This document shows, piece by piece, positions 48,001 to 63,881 of a stretch of 64,000 nt of DNA. The stretch comes from Oopsacas minuta (Eukaryota; Animalia; Porifera). The notes under the pieces were generated by a model. The model saw nothing but the letters and a program-made list of their open reading frames with translations, was not told the DNA's origin and searched no databases. The position numbers were made by a program, and so were the translations under genes. Position 1 is the stretch's first letter. Each line of letters starts with the position of its first letter. The stretch lies in NCBI GenBank assembly GCA_024704765.1, contig JAKMXF010000011.1, positions 665,557 through 729,556 on the forward strand, in the 5' to 3' direction.

Positions 48001-48338
48001 GACTTATGATTATCCTACTCGAAATTTCACACTCTCTTACACAAGAAGAATCTAACGTTATTTCACAGTGCCTTTCAACTGATGTAGATTCTAGCGGGGA
48101 AATTGGCTGGGAAGAAAAAACTGACTTAGCTCTAACCTACCTCCTAAAAACTTCTCTCTCTCGATCTACTAAAGACGCTTCTGTGAGTTTCCCGGTCTTA
48201 GAGCTACCACGTGACACCTCTAAACTTAAGAAACATATTACTCTAGTTTGTGATCGTATTGCTAAAGGTTCACGGCCAGAAGTTATTGATTTACCGGAAA
48301 ATCTTGTAAAGACAGAACAAGCAAGTACGACTGAATGA
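45092..48338 (+). CDS. BBS9: BBSome subunit BBS9 (PTHB1), 3 exons
   Basis: MSLFKVNTFW, LAILHPRKLSVY, RDFLCVQSMDGLLSFFEQE, LQWAAQL, YLGTDP, SNRYRIQ, QFRCIQKRILTRLKDKTPTPLNNLDVLLDGTY and GWEE. Introns at about 45362-45648 and 46049-46448. Confidence 0.95.
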
Positions 48339-48476
48339 ATACCAAAAACCGCGGGTATTCTATTATGTGTAACTTGTATAATGTATCTATCATAAACCGC
48401 GATTTGCTATTGAATTAGAGTTTAGTAATTTTTCAATTTGATTTGTAACGATTTATCTTTTCAGTTTATCATTAGC

Positions 48477-49235
48477 ATGTCAGATTCCGCGAATAATCAG
48501 GAAAATGAAGAATACGAACCATGTTTTAACAACTTTGACACTTGTCGACAGAATGGAGAAGATTTGACGTTTGAAACTCAAACAGAAGAGAACAATTCAC
48601 AGATAGAACCTATAACAAATGGACAAACTCCTTCTGATGAAATAAACGATGAACAAATGTTCCCGGATAATGCAAACATTACACTAACAGCCACACAGGA
48701 TCTGATAATATTATTACAGAGTTTGTATCAGAGTCAAGCTGCATTGGCGTTACTTAACGATTCATTATCTTTACAGCAAAATCCTGATACGCTAGCACAG
48801 CTTACTCAAACATTGATTAATACATTTGGAGAAGATATTATGGAGGAAGAACCACTCTATGTAAATGCGAAACAGTATAATCGGATATTGAAACGCCGCG
48901 AGGCCCGGGCAAAGCTCGAGGCAGAGGGGCGTATCCCAAAACAACGTCAGAAGTTCCTCTATGAATCAAGACACTTACACGCTCTGAGACGCGTTAGGGG
49001 AGAAGGAGGGAGGTTTAGTTCTGGAAGCACCACAAGAAGTGAACAAGAAACATCAAGCAATTCCCCTACAAACTCAACAGATAGTTCTACTGAATGTTTT
49101 CCCGTTAATAATAATGGCATAAATTTAAGATCGAAAAGATGTCGTATTTCTGAACCAGATCCCAGCGAGTTAGAAAGATCACATAAAATTGCTAAAGGGA
49201 AAAATTGTGAACATAACAAGAAACTTTCAAAATAG
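48477..49235 (+). CDS. NFYA: Nuclear transcription factor Y subunit alpha, single exon
   Basis: [57 protein letters not shown], with a Q-rich N-terminal part. Confidence 0.96.
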   Translation: MSDSANNQENEEYEPCFNNFDTCRQNGEDLTFETQTEENNSQIEPITNGQTPSDEINDEQMFPDNANITLTATQDLIILLQSLYQSQAALALLNDSLSLQQNPDTLAQLTQTLINTFGEDIMEEEPLYVNAKQYNRILKRREARAKLEAEGRIPKQRQKFLYESRHLHALRRVRGEGGRFSSGSTTRSEQETSSNSPTNSTDSSTECFPVNNNGINLRSKRCRISEPDPSELERSHKIAKGKNCEHNKKLSK

Positions 49236-49640
49236 TAATAATCTCAATGTCTTTGATTTGATCATTTCTTTCCAAACAGAAGACTCACTCACTCAGCTTT
49301 TATATGAATGTACTTATTGTTTAATTGCCTGATAGCTTTCTACATTTATATTAGTATGTATCAGCGCTATTGATATGGTAGACCTTAGTAAAACAATTGC
49401 AATTGATGGATTGATTGTATTTGTATTTAATCTGGAACATGGAAGGTTAGTCGCAGCTGTATTTTGTCTTCTGTCAAATTTCCCGTTTGTGTAGGATTCA
49501 CTGAAGTGGGATTTATTTAGCCTTAAGAACTGTGTTTGTATTATTATTGAGGGTCTGCTATACTAATACGTTAACAATGTATATTCCTACAATATGATCA
49601 TACAGCTGTATATATTAAAGCAGAATATATATACTTATCT

Positions 49641-52600
49641 ATGTCTGCTCCTCACTCTCGTATTCCTAAAACTCCCCCTATACAAACAGAAGATCTACTG
49701 GACTTGATACAATGGAATGCTAGTACAGCTACACATGAGCTAGTATCTCGTAAGCTAGAAGAGTGCTTCACTAACAGTACTCTGTGTTCTACTTGTGGAC
49801 CTGTTCTCCTTATACTCAATCCCTTCTGTACAGGGATAGAAGGAATGCATATAGGTAGGGCTGAAATGAATATTCCAAATCGTAACGAACCAATATTTAA
49901 TTATTCGTTTAACCATTTTCACCTTCAACGCAAAATATGATCAAAATTCAAGATATTTGTGAGGTTTTTCTGATAGATAGGCAATTGCTGAATTGTATAT
50001 TCATTTTCTCTCTGCATAGGTACACCTGGACTGGAGGAAAACCTTAGGAAATTAGCTACACAGGCTCATGAGAACCTAGCTAGCTCCGGACTGCCACAAG
50101 TTGTATTCTTCACGGGGGAATCTGCTTCTGGGAAGACTTTCTCATCTCAGAGGTTTCTACGTGAACTGTTCTTATTGTCAGGGGGTAAAGGATCTGGTAC
50201 TGATTTGTTTAAGAATGTTCTAGCAAGTATTACTGTACTACGAGCGTTATGTTCCGCGAGGACAGCTATTAGCCCTGATTCTAGTCGTATGATGCGATTA
50301 TTTGAGCTATACTATAAAGGAAGGAGTTTACAGGGAGCTAAGATTAAATGTTACTTTTTGGATCAGAATAGAGTTACTGCATCTCCTCCTAGAGAACAGA
50401 ATTATAATATCTTCTATCAGGTAGGAAAACATCTCACTATATCGAAAAAATGGCAACGCATTCGATTCTAACAAATTTCTTAAAATTTACTATCTATTAT
50501 TTTAGATGTTAGCAGGTGTTAGACCAGAAGATAGAGGTAGATTACGATTAGAAGGTTACACATACAAACACTTCCATATCCTATCAGAGTGTCAGTCTCC
50601 TCAAGAGACACAAGATACTCTGATTAGGAAATATGAAGCTTGGAAGACTTGTCTAGGAGCATTAAGGATACCTCATTTAGATGTGTTGAGGATATTGGGA
50701 GCTATTCTGTTAATAGGTTGTTATACATAGAATTATATTGTAATTTTGATTCTCGTTTTATACTTATGATAAGCTCAAGGGACTGCGATAGTTATTCCGA
50801 TATATGCCAAAACGTTTAATCTTCTTAAACTAATTCTATAGGAAGAATATCAGTTAGCACAATCTTTCCCCTGTTACTACGTCTTATCAGAGTTCTATTG
50901 AATTTATTAGTGCATTTTTAGGAAATGTAGAGTTCGTTCAATCGTCAGATGGAACCTGTAAAGTATACGGAGAGAAGGAACTAGTCTCATCAGCTGTTCT
51001 ACTAGGTTTATCTTCTCGTATGTTAAGAGAAGTCTTATTAGGAGGTACTGGTACAGGAGAGAGCAAGAAATCACGTGTTACTTCTGCATTTTCTAATAAT
51101 GTTAATATCACTCTTAGAGTTCTAAGCAGAGCTCTATACACTAGACTGCTAGGTGCTGTCCTAAGGAGAATTAATGAACAACTGCACAAGTTTGTTATTT
51201 AATATATTGTATTTTGGCTGCACCTAACGAAAATTGAGGGAACTTGTATCGCTGGTATGACATGTGTGTGCTACGATCAGTATAATTCCCTATTTTTACA
51301 TTTACGTGTTCATTTAGGTTTCCATCAATATCTTCTTCAAACAGTCCTACACTCAGTCAAGAAGATGAACTGAGTATTATAGTAGCTGATATGTTTGGAT
51401 TTGATACTTCTAATAATGGATTAGAACAATTCTGTGCTAACTGGACATCTGAGTTGATGCAACAGTCTTATTATGAGTGTGTATTTAAGGTATGTATAGA
51501 TTATTTAGTTGTACCATGTTTTCATGTTGCCAAATGATGTGCTAACAAAATTCATACCAGAAGTTCATGTCAGGTTAAGTTCTTTCTATTTCGCTATATC
51601 CGTGTTCGTTATATAAAAATTATCCAAATCACACCAACGTCTCCTCTATGTTCTCTACAGGTAACAACAGACTATCTTAGAGATGATGGTATAGATACAG
51701 ATATGAATTTTGAGCTTTGCTCAGGATCTCCGTGCTTATCTCTCCTATCAAATCCTATTAATGGTCTTATATCACTTATATCAGAATATACACCAGTAGA
51801 TAATCCGCATAAGCCACGTCATGGATTATTAAGGCAAATGCGTAACACTCATAGAGCTAATAAGAGATTTGTGGATTTAGGTGAAAGTAGTGAATTGTTT
51901 GGTGTAATACATTTTACTGGACAGGTTGTGTATGATTGTAAGAAATTGGTACACGCAAACTTTGACACTATTTCTGGTGATTTGGTTCAGATTTTCGCTA
52001 AGGATTCTTGTAGTTTTTCGTTCGCTACTAGTCTTTTTAGTGTAGAACTTAGTCAACCTCCTATACAATTGTGTCGTGTTACGCCACCACTTATCGACAC
52101 AAATCAAGCCACCAGTTCTAATGAGAAAACTTACAAAACCTTTTTGGGTGATTTCCATACTCGTTTGACTCACTTTTTCGAACATATTAAAGAGATGCAA
52201 CCTCATTTTGTACGTTGTATCAAAACTAATGATCAACTACAGCCTGATACATTCAATAGACTTACAGTCAGACGGCAGATACAATCAATGTCTATTATAG
52301 AGACTATTGAATTGATATCTGAGGGGTTAATTTATAGTTTTTCATTCGATGAGTTCAGAGAGAGATACGGTTTTTTAGTCAAGCAGGCTGCCAATCAAAC
52401 TGATGTAGATGTGTGTAAAATAACGTTACGGACATTATCTAACTTTTATAAACCAGATACAGTGATATCTTCTGCTGAACAGTTCGCATTCGGACGTACA
52501 CGATTGTTTTTAAACGCGCACTCTCATGCACTTCTTGAGAAGCTACGCTCTGAGAGGGAACGACACGCGGCCTCCTCGATACAGCGAGCATTCAGACGGT

Positions 52601-52971
52601 ATATCGTAAGGAAGCGACTTACCCCTGTGAATCGGCCACACCGTAGTGCTTCTCTCTCTCAAGTAGAGTCACTACGCTCGGGGTCAACTGTTGTTAATGG
52701 TGGTAATAAACCTCCACATATCCCACCTCAACGTCGTTACACAATCGTGGGTGGCTACAAAGTCGGATTCCCTCAAATAAGGAGGATGCGTGCTACATAC
52801 GAGGGGGAACATGGAGAATTTAAATTGTTAGAAGGGACTCAAATAAGTGTATTGGGCGTTTCTCAAAATCGAGGATTTCTCATTGTAGAGCATAATGGTA
52901 ACACTGTACTCGTACCATTTCAGTATACGGAATTAGAGAATCCCATGGCAAGACCTACTACTTATCTGTAA
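49641..52971 (+). CDS. dachs: Unconventional myosin of the Dachs / class XX type, about 6 exons
   Basis: P-loop GESASGKT, NYNIFYQ, DMFGFD and PHFVRCIK. Dachs-like CSFSFATSLF, DFHTRL and PPQRRYT, one IQ-like motif, and a short SH3-like C-terminal tail. Confidence 0.78.
50740..50880. mobile_element. MITE family A (inverted, degraded), myosin intron
   Basis: aagctcaagggactgcgatagttattccgatata matches the reverse complement of the family core; ends are approximate. Confidence 0.55.
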
Positions 52972-53136
52972 CATATGTCATTTCATTCCCGTTTCACTTA
53001 AATATATTATCTAACACTTACTGTATTTGTTTGTTTGTATGTACAATTTCTTCCTGAGTTAAATGATGTATTTTCTATTTACTAATTTCCCCAATTTGAT
53101 TCACTTAACTGAGATTAGTTTATTCTATTGTTTATA

Positions 53137-53270
53137 CTGTAAAAATATTTTAATCTTCGAAGCTCAGGGAACCGCTATAATTACTTCGATATAACCGATA
53201 AATAGATGTTACTTCGACGGTTTGGGGCCATATTTGTACAATTTTAGATTTCTATAACCGGAGATGACTG
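53137..53270. mobile_element. MITE family A (inverted), intergenic
   Basis: cgaagctcagggaaccgctataattacttcgatat and cggtttggggccatatttgtacaatttt; ends gagatgactg|ta. Confidence 0.75.
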
Positions 53271-53277
53271 TAAAGTA

Positions 53278-53442
53278 CAGTCAGGGTCGCTTATTATTAC
53301 CTAACGGGACCAAAAATCTTGTTCATAATAAAAAGACTTGATATTACTACAGATTCTTTTGGAATGAATTTATTGGGATCACCATCTTCATCAGCTCATA
53401 ACAAGAGAATGTTTATGATAAGCGACCCAGAGTCCCTGACTG
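53278..53442. mobile_element. MITE family D, abutting the family A copy
   Basis: ta|cagtcagggtcgcttat...ataagcgacccagagtccctgactg. Confidence 0.7.
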
Positions 53443-53573
53443 TGTATCGGAATTTATAAACACCTATTGATAGCTATGCCAATCTGTAATTTCATATATC
53501 TCATGTAAATTGATAGGTACTCATTAGTTATTTATACATTCAGCTTAATCTCCATTATTACTACAATCTGAAT

Positions 53574-54431
53574 ATGTTTCTATTTTATCTCGTTTCGTTT
53601 TATTGGATTTTCTGTGGACATACTTCACTAACTATGTTAATAGTCCACTACCTCAAACTATCACCAGCATTACCCACATGGGGACAAATGAAAACCTGGG
53701 GTAAAGCCCTACCCCTTAATTCAGATAAAGGCTGGTACATGTTCCATAAAAGCATATTCCTATACTTCTATTTCGTTGCTGCGATTATCAATTCGGTTAT
53801 TTGGTTGTGTTTTATAGTAAACGGTGAAATTAACATGACACAGTATTCAACTGGGCCATATCTATCCCCATATACTGCCGTATACCTCCTTATTCTATCT
53901 ACTTTTCAATCTTATCGTCGCTTATATGAAAGTCTTTTCGTATCGAAGTTTTCTTCATCCGCTATGATGCATATTTCCTATGTCCTAATTGGTTTTACAT
54001 ACTATTTTATGGTTGCAAGCACATTTTTGGCAAGTGGTGGTGAAATTCGATTGGAATTTATTCCATTTAACTTCTTTCTTTCTCCTAACGTTATATGTGG
54101 TTCTCTGTTGTTTCTCTATGCTTCTTATCATCAGAGTATTTGCCATTGGATATTAGGGCAATTAAGAGGGCCACATAGTACAAATGAGAAATACTCTATA
54201 CCCTATGGCGATTGGTTTAGGTATTTATCAGGCCCACATTATGTAGCCGAGATTCTCATATATATATCATACCTTATAATCTCAAAAGGTGAATGCTGGT
54301 TAATTTGGTTTATGGTAATACATACTACTCTTGCTATGAGTTATTCTGCTATAACAACTCATCAATGGTATACTTGTAAGTTCAAGAAATATCCAACAGA
54401 TAGGAGAAGTATTCTACCTTATGTATATTGA
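53574..54431 (+). CDS. SRD5A3: Polyprenol(al) reductase, single exon
   Basis: RRLYESLFVS, HQSICHWILGQLR, YSIPYGDWFRYLSGPHYVAEILIY; multi-TM. Confidence 0.9.
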   Translation: MFLFYLVSFYWIFCGHTSLTMLIVHYLKLSPALPTWGQMKTWGKALPLNSDKGWYMFHKSIFLYFYFVAAIINSVIWLCFIVNGEINMTQYSTGPYLSPYTAVYLLILSTFQSYRRLYESLFVSKFSSSAMMHISYVLIGFTYYFMVASTFLASGGEIRLEFIPFNFFLSPNVICGSLLFLYASYHQSICHWILGQLRGPHSTNEKYSIPYGDWFRYLSGPHYVAEILIYISYLIISKGECWLIWFMVIHTTLAMSYSAITTHQWYTCKFKKYPTDRRSILPYVY

Positions 54432-54813
54432 GTTGTAGTGATGTGTGTACTTGTATTATTTATGTGTTTAGTGATAAGTAATATTATTTGCTGAGCTCTG
54501 TATCATACCAGTGAATGCGTGGGAAATAGAATAACTAAGAAAGTTTACATGTCAATTGTGTAGACTTACATGAAAATTTTATGATAAGCTTGAGTTTGTA
54601 GACTTACATTGTATAATCTATTTTAATCTAGTTATCACATTATGTATGTGGATTCTATTCTTGGAAATTGACATAGAACTGTGCACGTAGAATGGTGAAT
54701 TATAGATTTTATCCTGATGGAGTCATCTTATTTTGTATAAATACACGCAGTTTTATGATATAGAAAAGTCATTAATAATTACATTAATTTACAGTTTGTG
54801 AAGTTAGCTACGT

Positions 54814-57239
54814 ATGGCATACGGTAATCAACAAGAGTTTAATTATCGAGAGGACTGCACTTCACTTGTTGAGATTTCTATATCATGCAAAGGTTTGGTG
54901 AAGAAAGACCTGTTGTCTAAAAGTGATCCATTTTGTGTCCTTTCTCTGCAAGAAGGACGATCATATCGGGAGTTAGGCCGCACGGAAACTATAAAAGACA
55001 ACCAAAATCCTGTTTTCCAAAAGACAATAATAACTCGTTATTATTTCGAAGAGGAACAGATCGTAAAATTTACTGTTGAAGACTACGATGGCCCGAAAAA
55101 GAGTGATTTGCAGGGGTCTGTAATAATACGGTTAGCAGAGATAGCTAGCACGGGGGAATCAGCTACTTATGATTTGAAATGTAAGGGCAAACCTGCCGGA
55201 AAAATCACGTTAAAAGCCGAGGAACAACCTGAATCGAAGCAAAAAGCGCGATTTCAAATTCTTTGTAAAAATGTTGATAAAAAAGATTTTTGGGGCAAAT
55301 CAGATCCTTACTTAGAAATTCATAAAACTCGCGAAACAGGAAGGCCTATTCTTGTACACATAACTGAGGTCATAAAGAATACACTTAATCCATCTTGGAA
55401 ACCGTTTGAAATCGATCTTACTGCCCTGTGCTCTGGCGATTTATCCCTCCCAATTTCATTCACTGTTTATGACTGGGATTCTTCCGGTAAGCCAGATCTT
55501 ATTGGTAGCTTCAGAACATCTTTTAAAGAAATTCATCCACTCGCTGGGGGCAAAAAGGAATTCTTCTTAATTAATGAAGAAATAAAACGCAAGAAAGGCA
55601 GTACTTATAAACATTCTGGGTTATTTGTATTCTCAGATATAAAATTGGTACAAACAGATACATTTTTAGACCATTTAAAAGGTGGATTACAAATATCTTT
55701 AATTACAGCAGTAGACTTTACTGGATCTAATGGTAATCCTTCGGATCCACGGTCATTGCATTATATCAGTGCAAAAGATAATGAATATATTGAAGCGATA
55801 AAATCCGTTGGCTCTGTTCTTGCGCCTTATGACTCCGATGGCCTTATTCCTGCGTTTGGATTCGGTGCGAAACTCCCACCAAATTACGATGTACCATTTC
55901 ATTGCTTCAATTTAAATGGACAGAATAATCCTGATGTGCAAGGAGTAGACGGAATGCTAGCTGCTTATAGACAAACTTTAAACGTAGCTCGTTTGTCTGG
56001 GCCTACTTTATTCTCAGAAATTCTACAGTATACAGTTTCTCAAACGCAGAGCCAATTAGACAACTACGCTTATACAATTCTATTGATAATAACTGATGGT
56101 GTTATTAATGATATGCGACAGACAGTTGATCTAATTGTAGAATCATCTTCTCTACCGTTGTCTATTGTTATAGTTGGTGTAGGTGGAGCTGATTTTACTA
56201 ATATGCATACGCTGGATGCAGATGATAGACCCCTGGTGCATAGTAGGACTAATAAATCGATGTATAGGTAAGTTAACTTCATAATTACATTTAGTCAACG
56301 GACCGCGAAATTACTTCGATATCAACTAAAGTCGATATAACCCATGATATATATGTTATTTAACGGTTTATTTGTACAAATTCAATATAAGCGGGTATTT
56401 TGATATATCCGTATTCTCGGAAAAATTTCGCAATTTTTTATACCCAAAAGTGTGAACATTTCGTTTTTGTGGTAATTGGGTATAATGTAATGCCAGAAGT
56501 CAAGGTTTCCGTTTCATTACGCTCGTAGTGAATAAGATAGTACTCACACTAAAATTTGCAAATTTCCACTATCTTAATACCATATAAGAAAACATCAATG
56601 CCCAGATGATTTGATTGTCTCTTATCCGTGGTTTAATCTCTTAGGGATATTGTACAGTTCGTTCCTCTAAGAGCAGTTAAGCAAGGTAAAACAAACTTTA
56701 CACTTTCTAAGGAAGTTCTAGCTGAAATGCCCGGTCAGATAATGAAGTATATGAGCATGAAGGGAGTCGAACCGAGGCCGCCAGCTCCACGTTCATTCAA
56801 ACTACAGACTCTACACTCATTCAGCTCTGTAGCAGAGGATCAAGGGGGTTACCAACAGGGCAGCGTGTACCCAGGGCAACCCCCTTATCCAGGAACACCC
56901 GAACAACAGCCATATCCATATCCTGGGGGTGCACCGCAAGCCCCCTACATGGGTGCTCCCCCTCAAGGTCAGGCTCCGTACCCTGGACAACCTCAATATT
57001 CAGGTGTACCTTATCCAATCCCTACTACAGGACAAGCTCCATATATGGGTGCTCCTCCTGGCGGTTACCCGCCGTATTCAGGACAACCTGCTTACCCTGG
57101 GGCACCTCAGATGCCAGGACAACCCCCTTATCCTGGTGGCCCACCTCCACCTGGTCCTAATTTTTCAGATATGAATTTACTCACTGGGAGTAGAGATGCT
57201 ATCCTTAAAGCTTCTGCTCCACCCCCAGAAAAACCCTGA
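54814..57239 (+). CDS. CPNE: Copine (C2A-C2B-VWA) with a long P/G/Q/Y-rich tail, 2 exons
   Basis: DLLSKSDPF, DKKDFWGKSDPY, VDFTGSNG, ILLIITDGVI and LSIVIVGVG. Intron 56268-56644, then RDIVQFVP. Confidence 0.93.
56290..56410. mobile_element. MITE family A (inverted, degraded), copine intron
   Basis: gaccgcgaaattacttcgatat and aacggtttatttgtacaaa; ends are approximate. Confidence 0.55.
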
Positions 57240-57900
57240 TGAAGTTCGCAATATATCATTTACTGTAAATTCAACCATGGATATATAACCAGATTATTAT
57301 TGTTTGCTTTGGTAGTTGTAGAATTCAATATATAGTCAGTATTTTATTAGCTCTCTCATGTTTTAAGAATAAGTTTTTTCTTATGTTTGGAAGAATTTTA
57401 GGAGCTTGTATGTTCTTTCTTTTCTCTTTATTGATTGGTAGGTCAGAATAGTACTAATATGCTCCGACATTTGATTATCGGTCCCACCAAAATTCTAATG
57501 TGGGTTTTTATGTAGTTTTAGGAAATTCTCTGCCAAATATTCCAAACTCATTGAAAATTTAATCCTGACTTCATTCTAGAATCAATGTACTTTATATTCA
57601 CTGGGTGATTTAGAAAGTATTCAATTGAAAATTGGAAATTATTCGTATAAGATGTCCACTCATTTGTTCTGTAAACTGATGATAATTTGCATATAACTAT
57701 CATACAGTAATTTTGACTTGTATTGTTTAACCTTGAGTCATGGTATTGATATTTATAGTATAAGATAATTAGCATACACATGTGCCGTACTCTTATCTTT
57801 TCATTAAATATTTCCAAAATCATTTTGACATATTGTACGTATAACACGTATGATTTTACTCAATAATTTTGAAATTTTTTCTATAGCATAAGACTAGTAA

Positions 57901-58617
57901 ATGGGTGCAAATGGTAGTCAACCTGCTTATCCAGGTCAGGCCCAGTTACCAGGACAAGAGTACACAATAGGAGGAGGTAGCGGATCAGGTGTAGCAATCA
58001 TTCCTACTTATGGATACGGTTATGGTGGTGTTCCTCTTATACTACCTATAAATAATTCATCGAGTGTACCAGGACCGACATATGTAGCTAATGCTCCACC
58101 CCGTCCAGGCTTTATAGCAGCTCAACAACCACACGGTACTTACCCCCAACAGGCTCCCTCTATGCCTACCCAACCGTATCCTAATCAGGCTACAGCTTAT
58201 CCCCCAAATACTGCTCCGTATCGGCCTAATAGTCAACCTAACGTTACTCCATATCCACCTAACTCTACTCCATATTCACCTACTACTGTTCCATATCCAA
58301 CTAATAATCAACCTAATACTACACCATACCCACATAATAGCACACCTTATCAACCTAATACTACTGCTTACCCGCCTAATACTACTCCCTACCCACCTAA
58401 CACTACTGTCTATCCACCTAACACTACACCTTATCCGCCTAACACTACATTTTATCCACCTAATACTACTGCCTATCCTACTAAAGCCAATACATCTGCC
58501 TATCCAGCTAGTAATCCTGCTTATTCACCCCCCAATGAATCAGATCTACCTCCCTCTTACTCTGAGTTACAGCCAGACCCGCTACAACCTTCTGCCCCAC
58601 CCTCTCAAACGAAATAA
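57901..58617 (+). CDS. Uncharacterised Pro/Tyr-rich protein with N-terminal MG, heptad repeats and a PPxY motif
   Basis: 238-aa ORF beginning MGANGS, with YPPNTTx tandem heptads and a C-terminal LPPSYSEL. Confidence 0.75.
   Translation: MGANGSQPAYPGQAQLPGQEYTIGGGSGSGVAIIPTYGYGYGGVPLILPINNSSSVPGPTYVANAPPRPGFIAAQQPHGTYPQQAPSMPTQPYPNQATAYPPNTAPYRPNSQPNVTPYPPNSTPYSPTTVPYPTNNQPNTTPYPHNSTPYQPNTTAYPPNTTPYPPNTTVYPPNTTPYPPNTTFYPPNTTAYPTKANTSAYPASNPAYSPPNESDLPPSYSELQPDPLQPSAPPSQTK
58354..58479 (+). repeat. Coding 21-bp minisatellite, six core units
   Basis: cctaaYactacNNNNtaYccN repeated six times with synonymous-site variation. Confidence 0.85.
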
Positions 58618-59023
58618 TATTTACATATCCCCATCCCTCTCCTTTTGTAAGTTTACCAAATTTTATATTTCTCAACAGGAATTATGTGCTAATTATTCTA
58701 ACATTCATTTTCTAGATTTTATCATATATATATTATCTCGAATAATAGTACATCTGTTGTTATTTATTTGTTTATTTGTTTGTTTGTTTGCTCAGGATTA
58801 ATTCTACCATACATCATTGGAAAATTGTTTACATAAAAATCAACATACCGAATTATACCTTAAATAGCTCATTTCCTTATTGAATTAGTGTGTTTATATA
58901 AGAAAGGGAAATCCAGTTTATCACCCACTTTATTGCTATTTCGAAAATCCTAAATCTCCTCCATAAATATCAAAACGATATTATTTAAATGGATATATAA
59001 ATTGTAAATTAGAGTATATTTAT

Positions 59024-63881
<4,858 letters not shown>

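Noticed and set aside
58200-58520. Heptad repeats as a displaced RPB1 CTD exon, or as a CRISPR-like array
   Set aside because: The consensus is YPPNTTx, not YSPTSPS; the ORF has its own MG start and no RPB1 is nearby; the units are contiguous with no unique spacers.
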